The notes: generated from the sequence alone by a model not told the origin. DNA of 63,792 nt, filler included, from Reticulomyxa filosa (GCA_000512085.1; 23 parts of 23 records of this genome joined end to end with filler, not necessarily neighbours in it), one strand, 5' to 3'; positions 24,665 through 39,000 are shown, numbered from the whole stretch's first letter. Numbers and translations are program-made.

Positions 24665-25464
24665 AATATGCATTCTTATTTCGCAAAATTTTGTTAGGGA
24701 AACCTTTGTTCTAGGAACCACAAAAACGTTTGACAAATTTTGTTCAAACAAAACAAATTTCAAAAATTGAACAGTGCCACACAGACATTTTGTATTTTTT
24801 TTTGTTATAGTTGAAAAATTTATGATATAACGCTCACTGTGAAAGTTTGGAAGCGCATCTTTTTTTTGTTCTGGATGAAAGTAGTGAAATAAGGATAAAT
24901 CCTTGGAAGAACAGAAAATTGAAAAAAGTGGAGAATAAATCAAAGAGGTGTATGTTAAAAAAAATCGAGTTGACTAGAAAAGATTTTTCAAAGCAAAACA
25001 TAATGATTTTTAATATCTTACTGGAGTAAATGTAGAATTGTGACAAAACCATATCCGCCTTGGATAATGGTGACAAACAATCTTTTTTACTTGAGCAAAA
25101 TTTTATGAATCTGTTTTTTTTTTTCCAAAAAACGATAGCAATATTGAAACATCCCAAAAAGTCTAAGAAAGGCTATTTCAAACATGAGCGGATCAACATT
25201 GTCGCAGCATGCAAATCTTAAATCAATACCGTAACAAAAAAACCACGATAGAGAACCACACCAACCAAACATTCCAATTTCAAACCAACATTAGAAAAGT
25301 TTTTTTGGATCACTCTTTGTGGGTTTTTATTTGTTTATTTGGTTTTTTTGTTTTTATTTTTTATATTTTCAGTTGAAACAAATTTTGTTCATTTTTTTCT
25401 CCCTCCAAACATTATTTTTTTTTTTTTTTAAAAAAAAGGGAGGTGGAGGAGGGACATGACTGTG

Positions 25465-26240
25465 TTACATAGGAGAGGCAGCTGATATGTGTAACAAAGC
25501 ATTATTGTCTAGCCTACCACGCAAACGTTGTCCAAAATAAAAGCGAAAGTAAGCATTGTGAACACAAGGAACTAAGCCAAGCCTTAGAAAGATGACATAG
25601 TACCAATCCATGCCCAGCCAATCGACAGATTCGTCGCCTCGTAAATGGTCAAAGGCATTGATTCCCAAATATTCTTTCATTTCTTCGGTCACGCAAGTCT
25701 GAGTGGTGAAATAAAATAGCGAATCATCTTTATTTTTGTTGCCATTGGGTCTGATTGATTCCAAAAAAAAAATCCAACCCCCCACCCCACCCCTTCTCAA
25801 AAGTAAGCAAACAATAACAATAATAACACTAACAAAATAAATATATATATATATATATTATTTTTTTTTTTTCTCCGATTTCAAAAACAAATGTAAAAGT
25901 ACTTCAAAAACTTAACAGACAAGAACGATTCAAAGAAGGAACGCATTGCACATTGTCGGCAGTGCTGTTGCACTCGGACATGGGAGGGGACTTTCTGGTT
26001 CGCAATGAGGGGATTTGTGAGCTCCAGCGCATGACGTTCAGCCACGGTTTGGGTGAAACGCCATTGATAGCGCCCGTTTTCTCAGTTACATTCAAACACA
26101 TCATGGGCAGGCCAACAAAGCTGCTGATCACATGTGCAAGTTCGACTGGGAGTAGTCGAGGTTCGATCTGATTCAGCACGCCAACCAATTCTTCTGCGAA
26201 CACGCCAACCGAAACCAAGCAATCTTTTCCTGGCAAATTC
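25465..26240 (-). CDS. Hypothetical protein, 3' exons
   Basis: Two open, moderately GC-rich exons (about 25920-26230 and 25465-25730) ending at a stop. No family recognised. Confidence 0.45.
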
Positions 26241-26434
26241 AAACAAACAAACAAACAAACAAACAAAAAAAAAAGGAATATTTTTCCAATAATTTAATAA
26301 TAATGAAAAGGGGGTTCACACAAAAAAAAAAAAANNNNNNNNNNNNNNNNNNNNNNNNNNNNNNNNNNNNNNNNNNNNTTAATTAATTAANNNNNNNNNN
26401 NNNNNNNNNNNNNNNNNNNNNNNNNNNNNNNNNN

Positions 26435-28485
26435 TTTTTTGTGTTTTCTTTTTTTTCCAATGGTAAAAATTTAAGAGATCTAATTCCACCATCTTCTTTG
26501 TCATCGCCTTTCATTACATGCAATTCCTTATTTGATCGAATATCCCAAAAACGAATTGTATTATCAAATGATCCAGAACATATTATATTTGAAATACTAT
26601 TAATTTCAATTCCATTTTTATCACAAATAGTACTGTTACTGTTTGCAAATGGTGAATAAACTACTGTCATGACTTCGTCTGTATGTCCACTGTACACCTG
26701 AATTTGTTGACTAGACCGAATATCCCACAAACAAATAGTATTATCTCTTGATCCAGATAATATTGTATTTGCACCAATATTTCCTAACTCATTTGGTCCA
26801 TATTGTACACTCATAACTTCTCTTTCATGTCCTTTGAATACAACTAATTGTTTAGTTGTTTCAATATCCCATATGCTAATTGTTTTGTCATATGATCCAG
26901 AACAAATAGTGTATCCATTACCACCGATCACACCAATATTATTACTTTTATTATTACTTTGCAATGGTGAAAAGTCCACACACCAAGAGGCTTCTGTATG
27001 TCCATAGAAAACATGTAATGATTTAGATGTTTCAACATCCCATAAACGAATAGTCCTATCAGCGGATCCAGAACATAAATATCGACCATTATTGAATGGC
27101 GAGAATTCAATACCATAAACACCACCAGCATGTTCATTGAATATTTTCAATTGCTGTTTATCTTTGAAATCCCAAAAACGAATGGTTTTATCATCTGATG
27201 AAGAACAAATGACATTATGATGATTATTATGGGAATGATATGGTGAAAATTTCACGCAAATCACTTTGTTTGAATGTCCACTAAATAATTGGAGTTGTTT
27301 GTTGGTCTCTACATCCCATACACGAACTGTTGTATCCCATGATCCAGAGCAAAGAAACTGACGATTATCGAATATTGAATAATCAATACTAGTCACACGA
27401 TCAGTGTGTCCATTGAAACTTTTAAGAAATTTAGATGATGAAGAAAACAAATCAAAGGTAAAAGACGACGATAAAGTAGGACATTGATCATTTTCTTTCT
27501 TTTCTTCCACAATTGTAACTAATTTGTCGTAATTTGATAGCAATTGTTTTTCTTTATCATTAAAATCTTTTTTGATGATTTCAATATCTGCACGACATTT
27601 AAGTAATTCTTGATTGGAATCTCTTTCCATTTGTTTAATTTGATTATCTTTTTCAATTATTTGTGTATTTTTCAATTGAATTTCTTGCTTCAATTTATCA
27701 ATTTCATTACTAATTGTATTTTGATCATTATTTTTGATTTGAATTTTCAATTGATTAATTTCCAACTTCAACTGATTTGCCTCATCCTTATTTATTTCAA
27801 AAAAAATACAAAGAATATGTAAAATTAAATATACAAAAATAAAACTAACCTGTTGTAATTGAATAGTTTGTTTCATAGATTGGAATAATCGAATAACTAA
27901 ATCAAAATGTTGTTGTATATTTTCAATCAAATGATCTTTTAAACTGTGTCTAAGACATAAATAATTACAACCAAATGGTTTAAACCAACAATTAATTAAT
28001 TGCAATGGACATTCATTATTTAAATGGCCATACAAATTTTTTAATTTTCCTTTGAAATTACATTTAATCTCTCCAGGTGCTTCTCCTTCATTTTCTGTTT
28101 TATTTGATGTTTTTGATTCTTGTTCAAATTGTCTTATGCATATCACTGATAAATCACCAATATATCTTCTGGCTGTGTTGTCTCTGGAATAAAGACAATT
28201 ATCATGTGATTGAATTGGACAAGAATTATTGTTGTTTTTAAGGAATAGTTCCATACAATGCTCTCCAACGATCAAAGATTCATCCATACTTGCATGTTGT
28301 GGGCATTCTAATATCATTGCATTGTTTGCAATTTGTCTGCAAATCAAACAAATGAAATGTCTTATGTATTCTTCTTGATGAAATTTTAAAATCCAGTCTT
28401 TGTTAAAGCATGGAGATTCAACAGGAAGAGAAGTTACTTCATTCTTTACTTCATCGTTTAGAGTTTTTTCGTTCACCTGTTTCAT
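26435..28485 (-). CDS. RING-like + TRAF-type zinc finger + coiled-coil + WD40 repeat protein (TRAF7-like architecture); intron 27787-27849; 3' truncated
   Basis: CLICRQ…CPQH…HC…CPIQSH; CNFKGKL…HLNNECP…CWFKPFGC…HL; Q/E/K-rich heptads; about 6 GH…WD repeats (GHTDRVTS…VRVWD etc.). Confidence 0.92.
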
Positions 28486-29544
28486 TATCTTTCTTTAATC
28501 TATTGCTAATCCGAAAATCAAAGTTTGAAAAAAAAATTTGTTTTCTTCTAAGCACCTTTTTATTTTAACAAAGAGACGCCGACAATAAAATATGCACAAG
28601 TCCAAATTATGCATGAAAATTTTTTTAATAAGCAAAAGAGAAATAGATTGTCTTCATAAGACGCTTTTTAAAGTATTTCGGTGCTCTTATTCCTACATAG
28701 GCACTATAGTTAATACTTGATCAAAATTATTTAATTTAAAAAAGAAAACAAAAGCTGTGCACTTATACTACATGATTTCAACAATAAATTAGCTAATTCT
28801 TTCATCAGTATTAATTCTTACATATCCAGATGCTATGTGCAACAGCCACTCTCAAGGAGATTTTGTATACGTTTGACTTTACGCAAAAAAAGTCAAGTCA
28901 CTCTTCTTACCAACCAGGCGCAAGTATGTAAGGCTCAATACTTTTAAGTTTGCAGCCCGCTCATATTATTAAAATTTTACAAAAAAAAAGCATGTTTCCT
29001 TAGTAGTCACCTAAAGCAGCAAAAGTGTAGGACCAAATATCAAACAAACAAAAAAATAATGACAATAGATCAGTTTGAATGTCTTGTCTTCACAAACAAA
29101 AGTTTTCAAGAATATTGGTGACATCAGTTTAAAAGTTAGAACAAAAAAGGATACAAAACTTGAAACAGTAGCTATTTTCATTCATACTTCTGTGTTGCCC
29201 CACTGATAATCCCCAAAAACATAAGGATGTTTTAATCCAAATGTATTAATAGCAAGTTGTAAATAAATAAGATTATCATTAAAAATTTTTTTGTAGTATA
29301 TATATTTTTTTTATCTTCAAAATCTGTGCATGTCAATTAAATCGATGTAAATAAATCAGTACGACAGATTGTAAGTTTATCAGTGTGTGAACATGTATAT
29401 TTTGATAATCAACTGCAGACTTATAAATTAAAAAAGATTGTCGCAGCTTTTAAATTTAATATGCGTCTTTTTTGTGCAAGGTTCTGGGCTAAACTAGTTG
29501 AGCGTAGTGATTTGTTTGTGAAGTTTATTTGTTTTCAACAGCTA

Positions 29545-31750
29545 GTACAATGAATCATCAGAAAATAGAGCTGTTGAAGGATTTATATCAATGATATTGA
29601 TTGCAGGATTGATTTTACTGTATGAGCTTTGGCTGTTGTACGTGGCCTGGTTTTACTTTTGGCGGAATGTACCACCGGAATTGCAGCCAACAAGGACCAA
29701 CACAAGTAATATCGGTGCTACTCCTGATGATAAAGAGATAGATGAACTGTATCCAATAGAGACCACTCAAAATATTGATATGATAGTTAAAGCTATGGCG
29801 ACAATAACGATATCCGTAGTATTCTGTTTTATGGTCTATGTTATTTACGGATAGTTTGATTGTGGTCAAGATGTATATGGCGATCCTTTTTCAATTGCTG
29901 CAATTAGTATGGACTTGCTTTGCAACATTGGATTATTTTATTTATTTGTTTTCAAAGTTTAGCAAAATAAGACCAATAAAATACAATACTTTCTACTTTT
30001 TTTTTAAAAACGTATACATGTACATACACGATCTTTTCAACAACTGAACAGCGAAGTTCATATTAATCAATGTTGATGGAAGAAGAAAGTAAATTTGCCT
30101 CAACGTTCAAGATGAGGAAATAGTAATGCATCTAAAGGAGCCAGCCTACTGGAATAAAAAGTTCGAAGATAACGATGAAAGACCAACGAGATCACCAGCG
30201 CCGCAAATATCCAATGGTTCTGTGCTAGCAACAAGTATTTATTGACAGCGCGAACAGTTTCGAACGATTGATACAACAGGAACGTACCTGCAAAAGAAAA
30301 GAGTAACCTGTTATCGCCAGGGGCTATGCCAAATGAAAATTGATGTTGTTAAGACAATCTTTGGATCACGTAAGTTTGTTTTTTTTTAATGTGGAGTGAC
30401 GAAATTTTTTTTTTATATAAACAAATAAAAATTCACTTTATTTTTTTTTTTACTACAGCAAGCGAAGTTGGCAATCACATCGACACTCTTGGAATATCAA
30501 GCCTAGCAAACAATAGCGTGAGTCTGGTAACGACGGCAATGCAGGATAGTGACCTAGCGTCCACGAAACAGTCTTCGCTCGAATGTCAGACTGCCACGTC
30601 TGCCTGAGTGCAGTGAGCAAAACTAACTGACGTCTCCGCTGTAAAGGATATAGAAAGCAGCAGTAACAGCATATAGGCAGATGCAGAAACAGAAACAGTC
30701 ACGTTATTCAATGAGGCGAACGAAGGCAATGTTGACGACAGCAATGCGAACTAGTCGTTGCCATCGATTAATGAAACAGACGACAGCAAGAAAAGTGGAC
30801 AATCGAGTTCAATCCACGTGGGGGGAGGGGCCGAGGAAAAAGTTCAGCATCGGACGCCATCATTCGACCATCAAGGACGAAATGTCGGTGAACAAAGATC
30901 AGATAAAGGCCAAGTTCACCCAAATCATCGCCAGAAGTCCGGCAAAACATTATTTGTGGGCGCAGTCAAAGGCAAGGCATACGTAAAAACTCAATGGAAG
31001 TCGACAATGCAAAGAAGCTATTTGCTGCATGAGGTCTTTTTTTACGATATTTATGTATACATACACATACTTATATATATATGTATATACTGTAGATTCA
31101 ATAAATGGATAAAAAAGGGAAGTGATGTCAACAACAACAAAAAATGTCTAGCAATTTGACATTATATTATTATTAACCACTTTTTTTGTGTGTTTGTTTG
31201 TTTTTTTTTTGCATGATGCTGTTATGATAATAGCAGTCAACGTGAAGAATGGCGGGCGCCACGAAAGCAGGAAAAAAACTCCATTTCAAAGGGCGCAACG
31301 AATGCGCCGGCTATTGCGAAAAGCGGCAGCGGTCAAGAAGCAACTGCGGCTAAGCAGTCGACAACAATTCAATGACAAAACTGCGCCAAAGTAGCTCGCA
31401 CCAATGCATAACGTCCCAAGAAAAGCAGTGCAGCTACTTCGTGCTCGGCCACCATCAGCGCAAGCATGTCTCGTGGTGGCAGTGTAAGTGCGAGTGAAAG
31501 CAACGCTGGTCAACAAGTAAGCATACTGTCGTCTGCGGAAAGCATAATGAGCACTAGCGTAGAAAAGCCAAACTGATTGTTCGCGATGCATATGCTACTT
31601 CAAAAAGAACAATAAATGGTTCAATCGGCAAAGCAGGCCATGGAACATTCGAAAGTGGATGATATATTGCAAATTTTGGATTTCAAACAATTAGAACCTG
31701 ATTACTACAACTTGTGCATTGCCCATTATCTTATATAATTATTATAACAA
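29545..31750 (+). pseudogene. Fragmented membrane/low-complexity gene, possibly pseudogene
   Basis: Hydrophobic TM-like segments (29591-29960) followed by S/E/A-rich coding-like pieces broken by stops and frameshifts. Confidence 0.4.
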
Positions 31751-32924
31751 ATTGTATTTGTGATTTATATAGGGTTTAATGGTCCTGGTTATTGTCGTTA
31801 TGATTGTAATTATAAAAGTAGCAACGGGTGGGTGGAGTTTTGTTGTTGTTGTTGTTGTTTTTTGTTTCCAGCATTCAATGTCTTTTGTTATTATTATGTT
31901 ATTGTTATGTTTATGTTTATTATTATTTTATTTATGTTAAGTTATTTTTTTATTTATGTATACATATTATATGTCGAATTAAATGGGTTGTAGTAATTTG
32001 GATCTAATTATTTATTATCCAATTATTCAATTTAGCGTAGATATTTTTTTTATGTAAATGTATTTGAATTGGGATTTGATTTGCATTATGAAAATTGTAT
32101 ACTTATTCTAGTCAAAGATCAATTTGGAGAACTGGACTATCTGGTGTGCAAATAGAGTTGGCAAGTGTATAAAGTAAAAAAGTCGTATTGATACTCACTG
32201 GAATCAGCGGCCATTAAGCGAAAGCAAAAAAGTCAATGTGAAATGGCAAGTCATTGTTGCATCAAGTTTATGAATTTTGTAAGATGGACTGTTGGATTTT
32301 TTATTAAGTGAGTTTGTCGATTGTGGGTGACACAGCAGGTGTGACAAGAGACTGACAAGAAGGCCAAGAAAAGCTAGTGGATTTGGAGTTTGTCATCGTC
32401 GATATGACAAGTATTGAAGTTGTCCGAGCCAATATTACGCGAACGGAATCGATTTGAATGAAATATCGCAATTTTTGGTAAAATCATTTTTAAAAAAAAA
32501 TATGCATATGATAAATGCTTAAAAAAAAATAAAATAGAGTAATGACGAACAAGCAGCCAAAGCAATCGACTATGCCGACGTGATATTATCTATTATACCA
32601 AAGTAGGATTGACAAGCCAATGTGTATTTCTGACCAAATGGCTAAAAAAAAATCGATTATTACAATTCACAAATCGATCATTCTTCGTTGCGTCATGTAC
32701 AACCAAAAACTATCATCCCAATTGACAATAGTCTGTCACTAGTAGATGTTTCTAGTATATTGATATCATTTTAACATATATACAGTAAGATAAAAAAGAA
32801 AGTTGAAACCTAAAATGCCACNNNNNNNNNNNNNNNNNNNNNNNNNNNNNNNNNNNNNNNNNNNNTTAATTAATTAANNNNNNNNNNNNNNNNNNNNNNN
32901 NNNNNNNNNNNNNNNNNNNNNTTT

Positions 32925-32964
<40 letters not shown>

Positions 32965-32965
<1 letters not shown>

Positions 32966-34543
32966 TGGGATTGAATGAAACGGCTAGGACAACGAATGGA
33001 TATAATGGCTCCATGCTTTCAGAAGCACATAGCAATGTCGAACGCGTGGACAGCACAGAAAGCACAGCTGGGAGTGGTGGGACGCCTGCGCTGTTGGGGA
33101 TCGCCCAAGCGGCGCCAAGTGCAAATGGACACACGAAAAGCGCAAAGCAGCGAAGCGCACCACCACTGACGTTGTCACTATCAGTGTCGGAGCCAATTCG
33201 AACTGCAATCCTCAAAAAGCCGAGTAACAATGAAAATAACAATACTCCAAAGGAAATATCGGTCAGTGAACAAACGGAAGAGCAAAGTCTTGTTACCACG
33301 GCCAACGTGAAAAGCGCAGCTCTTCAAGTGGAAAAGCATGTCACAGTTAAGTTTTTTGGGAACAATAACAATAACAATAACAATAACAATAAGATGAAGA
33401 AGAAGAAGAAAAAAAAAAAAGTTGTATTACTAAGCAAATTTTACAAAACACAACACACACACACATACATTAACAAAGTTCAAAGTGGAAGATTCGACTG
33501 TCTATTGCGAGTATTCATTGGAAAAGGAGTCAATGGAAGGGAGTGTGCAATTGTCGGAGGCGACAGCGGAGGAGAATGAAAATGAGGTCGCAGAAACACT
33601 TCCTTCTCCTCCTGCAAGTGTAAGAGAAGTAGTAATGGATGAGACGAAGAAGAAAAAGATGAGGAGGATGATGACGACGATGACGATGATGATGAAGAAG
33701 AAGAAGAAGTTTGCACATGAAGTCATGATGAAGCCGCGCATACAAGTGGCAAAGATCACTACTACGTGCAAAAGAACGAGAAGCATTGCGACAGGATCTC
33801 CCCTATCCGAGGTGATTCTCCCTCGAAGAAAAAGTCAGTCTCCATTGGACGACGACGACGACGACGAAGGCAATGATGATGGGTTAGCAACGACAGGTAT
33901 GATGCAAATACGAAATGACAATGACAATGATAATGGTAATGGTAATGGTAATGGTAATGATAATGATGGTGATGATGATGATGATGATGATGATGACGAT
34001 GACAGCCCGTGGACGATGAGGAAGGACAAAAACATGAAACAAAGCAAACACAACGAGAGCAAGCATTTGCAACGTCGACAAATGCGTGGACAGCATATAA
34101 ATGCACATGGACACGCAAAGACGAGATATCCACTATACGATTGTAATGGTCATGATAATTGTGATAATGATGGGTCTGTTGAAATGACCAGATTCGATCC
34201 TTTATTCATTTACCAGATTATGCTTCGCTCCAATTCCAAATACTTGGATGATTCCGAAGCCTCCACGCCCGAAGCTTATGCTTATGACGCTCGCAATTCT
34301 GTCGCTGCGAGTAAGCATCCAAAAAGCTCGCTGCGACCGGACCTGACGCTATGCCACTCCGAATGCAAAGAAAGAGTGCCTCCAAAGTACATGGACAAAC
34401 GTGTGGGGCAGTGGAGGGATACATTCAATGTACTGCGCTTCAACGCCTTGGTCAGTGACTGGAATACCTTGCCCGCTCCCGCACGTGTCAACTTGGCCAA
34501 TGCGCGATGCAAACCTTTGTTCATTAGAAATTATAGCTCCTAA
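32965..34543 (+). CDS. Low-complexity acidic hypothetical protein, multi-exon
   Basis: Open frames 32965-33345 and 33485-34543 with D/E/N trinucleotide tracts and a globular-looking C-terminal part. No family recognised. Confidence 0.5.
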
Positions 34544-34904
34544 CTTTTTTTTTTTTTTTTTTTGGATGTAATTTGCATGATTACACTTATTCGCTTCTTT
34601 CTTTTTGGTTGTCACATTTCATTTTATGTCCCTTATCTTTTTGTTTATTTTGTAAACATTTTTTTTCTTTTTATGCTTGTTCCAATCTTTTTCTTTAGGT
34701 ATATTTGCTTTTTCTTATATGTGTCTGTTCTTTTCTTTGTCTAGGCGACAAACAAATCCTTGTTTGTTTGTTTGTTTGTTTGTTTTGATTTTATTTGTCC
34801 TTGAAAAGGTTCTTTGGATGAGCTTTTTTTTTTTTAACTACTTTTTTGGTGTTGTTATTAGGGATGCAACTTTTTGCTGGTGGTTGCTTATCTTTGTTTT
34901 CTTT

Positions 34905-34962
34905 ATTTTGTTTTGTTTTGTTTTGCTTTGCTTTGTTTTGCTTTGTTTTGCTTTGTTTTGTT
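34905..34962. repeat. (TTTTG/TTTGC)n pentanucleotide microsatellite
   Basis: Direct reading. Confidence 0.85.
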
Positions 34963-35481
34963 CGATTGGTCGGCTTTCTTTGACCCAAACTTGACAATAC
35001 AATCACGTCGTACTTTGAAATATTGGTTAATGTGGACATTGAGTTTTGTGAATTTACTGAGATCTTTTCCCCTCTAACGCTTTCTTGTAATCAAAAAAAC
35101 ATCCTAATACTTTTCAAAAAGATATACAAAACAAATATCGTGGCTTTCAAATACTGCTTTGCTATATTACTTTACTTGTTAATATTTTTTAAAATTCTGT
35201 CAAAATTTCAGCTATAAAAAAAATGAAAAGTCGTTGTGCTACTTAAAAGAAAGATACCATATAAAGCTATACATTAAATATTGTTCTCCTGTCAAAAGTA
35301 AAACACCTAGCAAAACAAAAAATACAACATATATTTCTTATATGCAAAGTGCAAACAGAACTTACGTTTTGCAAAAGCAGAGTTGTCAACACAAAACCCT
35401 TTCTTTGATTAAAAATAGAAATAAAAAAAAGAGCTGCACATAGATAAGATTGTCCAGCATTAAAAAAATAAATAAAAATAG

Positions 35482-35738
35482 ATGCAACAAAAAACGCTTA
35501 GCTTACCGTTTGTGGTTGCATTATTTTTACCATGGTTTGTGTGTAGTTTGAAAATCTGGGAAGGCAGTTACAGCAACGAGCACAAAGTGATAACTCACAG
35601 CAACTCGCAATTTGGTTGCCAAGGATGTAATGTGACAGGTCGTTTGGTGGCAATGACACCGATCAAAGGGTGCAATATAACGAACATTACTCAAGAAATT
35701 CTCGAGGCATATAATGAGGAGTTTTCTAGTGGCCAAAG
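35482..35738 (+). CDS. Secreted protein with probable PA (protease-associated) domain start, exon 1
   Basis: Signal peptide, then SQFG…VTGRLVAMTPIKGC, resembling the FG…G-L…P-x-x-GC start of PA domains; ends at AG|GTAAAA donor. Confidence 0.5.
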
Positions 35739-35795
35739 GTAAAAGCTCTGAAAGTCAGAAAGGGGGGAACGTAAAAGAATGAGCCTTAATAATAA

Positions 35796-35830
<35 letters not shown>

Positions 35831-35978
35831 NNNNNNNNNNNNNNNNNNNNNNNNNNNNNNNNNNNNNNNNNNNNTTAATTAATTAANNNNNNNNNNNNNN
35901 NNNNNNNNNNNNNNNNNNNNNNNNNNNNNNAAAAGAAAAGATACATAATATGGCCACAAAAAAAAAAAAAAAAAAAAA

Positions 35979-37073
35979 ATGCCCAACAAACAACAGCCAG
36001 ATGAAAATACCTACAGTTACAGTGAATGGCGAAAAAGCTTGAAATTTACGGTGGAGCAAGAGGAGAATTACAAGATGTTTATATCGACCAATTGTCGCGA
36101 ATGCACGTGGGAAGACGTATTAGAAAAGTTGCATCGTTGTCTGAAGAGTAACATTTTGCCAAGCCATTTGGTTGTTGGCCTATTGTACAGTAGTTATCAC
36201 ATTGTATCACCACATACAATACCAATGATAGAGTATCTAATTGAGCACAGTGGAGACACGTTGGACATGACAGTGACGTCGATTTCCAACCCCCGTTGCA
36301 TGATTCCGCACGTCGCAGCATCCGGTGGAAGTCACAAATTGCTTTGCATGTATTACCAGCACGGTTGGTTATATTTTCGTGTAGGAAGAGAGAAGGGGAA
36401 GGGAAACAAATTGCAATGGAACAAACATATGACCATTACATTTTCAATAGGGGGCGACATTAACGTAGCCGACAGCAGAAACTTAACTGCGTTTCATATA
36501 AGCGCAGGAAATCATTTTTATCATTGTGTAAATGTCTTGTTATGGCAAAATGTTTCAATCTCTTTCGGAACTGTGACAAACCATTTGAAAGGTGTCCCCG
36601 TAGAGAAATTGTGCTCATTGCTACATGAACTAATGACCTTTGTCAATGACGTTGACACTTGTCGGAGTTTACTCTCTGAGCTTTGCTCGCACTTACCTCA
36701 AGACTGTGTTGACATAATTGCAGAGTACTCGTTGCCATTGAAAGCTCGCAAAGATGTACTCACGCTATTCAACACTGTAGAAAAACAAAGGGCCAAAGAG
36801 TGGAAAGATATTGAAACCACTTTTTCGGAACTTGCGACAGAAGAACAGGACGTGTCCCTAAAAAGAAAGAGAATCGACCTTATCGGTTTTGGCGGAAAAC
36901 CAGATCTATGGACCGCATTTTACCCAACAAATTTGGCCAATCGAAAAAATCGTAGTTGGAATGCAACCGACGACAGTTTCGATCCAATAAAAGACTATTT
37001 TACTTCTGAAAATTTTTTGGTTGTGGCCGGCATTTCGGTCCTTACTTTCTTTGCATGGAGATCATATAAATAA
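35979..37073 (+). CDS. Ankyrin-repeat protein with C-terminal membrane anchor; intron 36364-36450
   Basis: HVAASGG…G(G)DINVADSRNLTAFHISAGNHFYHCVNVLL ankyrin repeats; C-terminus FLVVAGISVLTFFAWRSYK*. Confidence 0.75.
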   Translation: MPNKQQPDENTYSYSEWRKSLKFTVEQEENYKMFISTNCRECTWEDVLEKLHRCLKSNILPSHLVVGLLYSSYHIVSPHTIPMIEYLIEHSGDTLDMTVTSISNPRCMIPHVAASGGSHKLLCMYYQHGWLYFRVGREKGKGNKLQWNKHMTITFSIGGDINVADSRNLTAFHISAGNHFYHCVNVLLWQNVSISFGTVTNHLKGVPVEKLCSLLHELMTFVNDVDTCRSLLSELCSHLPQDCVDIIAEYSLPLKARKDVLTLFNTVEKQRAKEWKDIETTFSELATEEQDVSLKRKRIDLIGFGGKPDLWTAFYPTNLANRKNRSWNATDDSFDPIKDYFTSENFLVVAGISVLTFFAWRSYK

Positions 37074-37107
37074 AGAAATATTGTTCTCACGGGGGCATTG
37101 ATTTACC

Positions 37108-37140
<33 letters not shown>

Positions 37141-37241
37141 NNNNNNNNNNNNNNNNNNNNNNNNNNNNNNNNNNNNNNNNNNNNTTAATTAATTAANNNN
37201 NNNNNNNNNNNNNNNNNNNNNNNNNNNNNNNNNNNNNNNNG

Positions 37242-37388
37242 TTATCAAGCCCACAATGTATTATGTTTAATGACGAAATCCTTGTTTGTGGAGATCCTGA
37301 AACTAACGAGTGTTATTCGTATCACACATTGAAAAAGCAGTACAAATACATTTGCTCATATCTCAATGATATATGTATATGTATATAA
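37242..37388 (+). pseudogene. Kelch-like family fragment
   Basis: PQCIMFNDEILVCG…ECYSYHTLKKQYKYICSY is a clear paralogue of 11938-12188, truncated by a stop. Confidence 0.65.
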
Positions 37389-38399
37389 ATTTCTTCTATT
37401 GATTTAGCAAACTGTCCATCGCATTACTACACGCCCATTTCACTCTATACTGTTTCACAGTATATTGGAGTTTTACTTTCCCATTCTTGCAATATATTTT
37501 TCATATTTTGCATTATATTTTCGATATCACTTTATCCTTTTAGGATTGACTCATATGGCTATATTTTTATCGGAACTTCCACAATTCTTGGAATAAAGTA
37601 TGTTTGTTCGACTTTCATTGTTTTAATTCTTTTATCTCTGTTAACAACTCACTCGTTTTTCTTATGGATTAGAATTGTTACATATTGTGTTTTCTCTTCC
37701 TTTTCAACTAGTTGCAATAATTGTTGCATGTTCATGTGTATATGCGTTTTTTGATATATCCATTACTATCAGTTCCACCAAAGTTATGTATAGTATTTTT
37801 TTTCGTCTATTATGGCAGAGAAATCTCAATTTTCTATTGACAAAGTATCCTCATATTCGCTCCATGTTTTATGTTTCATAGGATACTTGCACACATTTTT
37901 ATGTATGGCATTGGTGACACTATCATTCCCTCCAAACAAAAAAAACTATCGTCATGGCGAAAAAACGGATAAAAATTAGGATCCTTCAGGGCTGAACAAA
38001 TATATAATTTTTCATATTCAAATATTCTGACATGTTCATTGAGATACCACGTTGAGTAATGGAAAAAATGGCATATAACTGTATGAATGACGGATTGGCA
38101 GAAAAGGATGGCTGTTAAAGGTGAAATGTGATAGCGACAGATTGAATACAAAAAAATAGCAAATTATTACAAATATATCATTGAAAGTGGCACACAATTT
38201 GTATATAAATACTTATGCAAATCCGGCACAGAAAAAAGTAGAATAAAATGAAAACTGTTGCCTACAAATTACTCTAAATTAAAAAAATTATTTTTCAAAA
38301 AAATATGTCAATATTTTTTGTACACTTCACAAATGACATATGGCATACAGACTAATAAACATAAGAAAAACAAAAGCAAAAGGAAAGATCGTAACACAA

Positions 38400-39000
38400 G
38401 AGTGTGCAAAAACAGAAGAAAGAAGTTGATAACCAAGACTGTCGAACAAGCGGCTGACGAAAAAGTGGAAATTGACTCAAAAAGATATCAAGCAAAGAAA
38501 GCAGCAGCTCAAAAATTAGTATTTTTGAACAATTTTTCAAATGTTGTGAAAAGCTTGAAGATGTATTGAATCTCAACAAAAAATTCTTACAAAACGTTGA
38601 ATCAAGCATCAGGGCTATTTCACAATGGTTTGAAAAGAACAACAGTCGTGGCGGTAGTATAGAAATGCTATTAGAAAAAAATAGATTGCAAATACTAACC
38701 CCTTTTCTGTCCAAACTTGGTGTGAGTAGCATTGCACAATTAAAATTTAGAGATGAGAAGATATTTGAATATAGATTTTCTAAACACTTACTTCAAAAGG
38801 GCACAGACAAAGAAGATATTCAAAAATTGGAAGATTTTTGTCAAAGGTTAACACCATACTTACCCAGCTTAAACAAATTAATTGAACCGGGCTCAAAAGA
38901 AGAAGGTTTAGCTGTTGACGTTGTAAATCACTTGGAGAAGTTCTTGGAAACTGTTATAGCATTTACTCGTAACTCAAAGGAAGCTCTTAGTAATGTGTAA
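38400..39000 (+). CDS. Hypothetical helical protein fragment with frame break near 38550
   Basis: Two overlapping ORFs join if one A is added in an A-run. No family recognised. Confidence 0.4.

Noticed and set aside
37091-37140. GGGG…CCCC followed by poly-T resembling an intrinsic terminator
   Set aside because: Weak stem in a eukaryotic 3' region where poly-T runs are ubiquitous.
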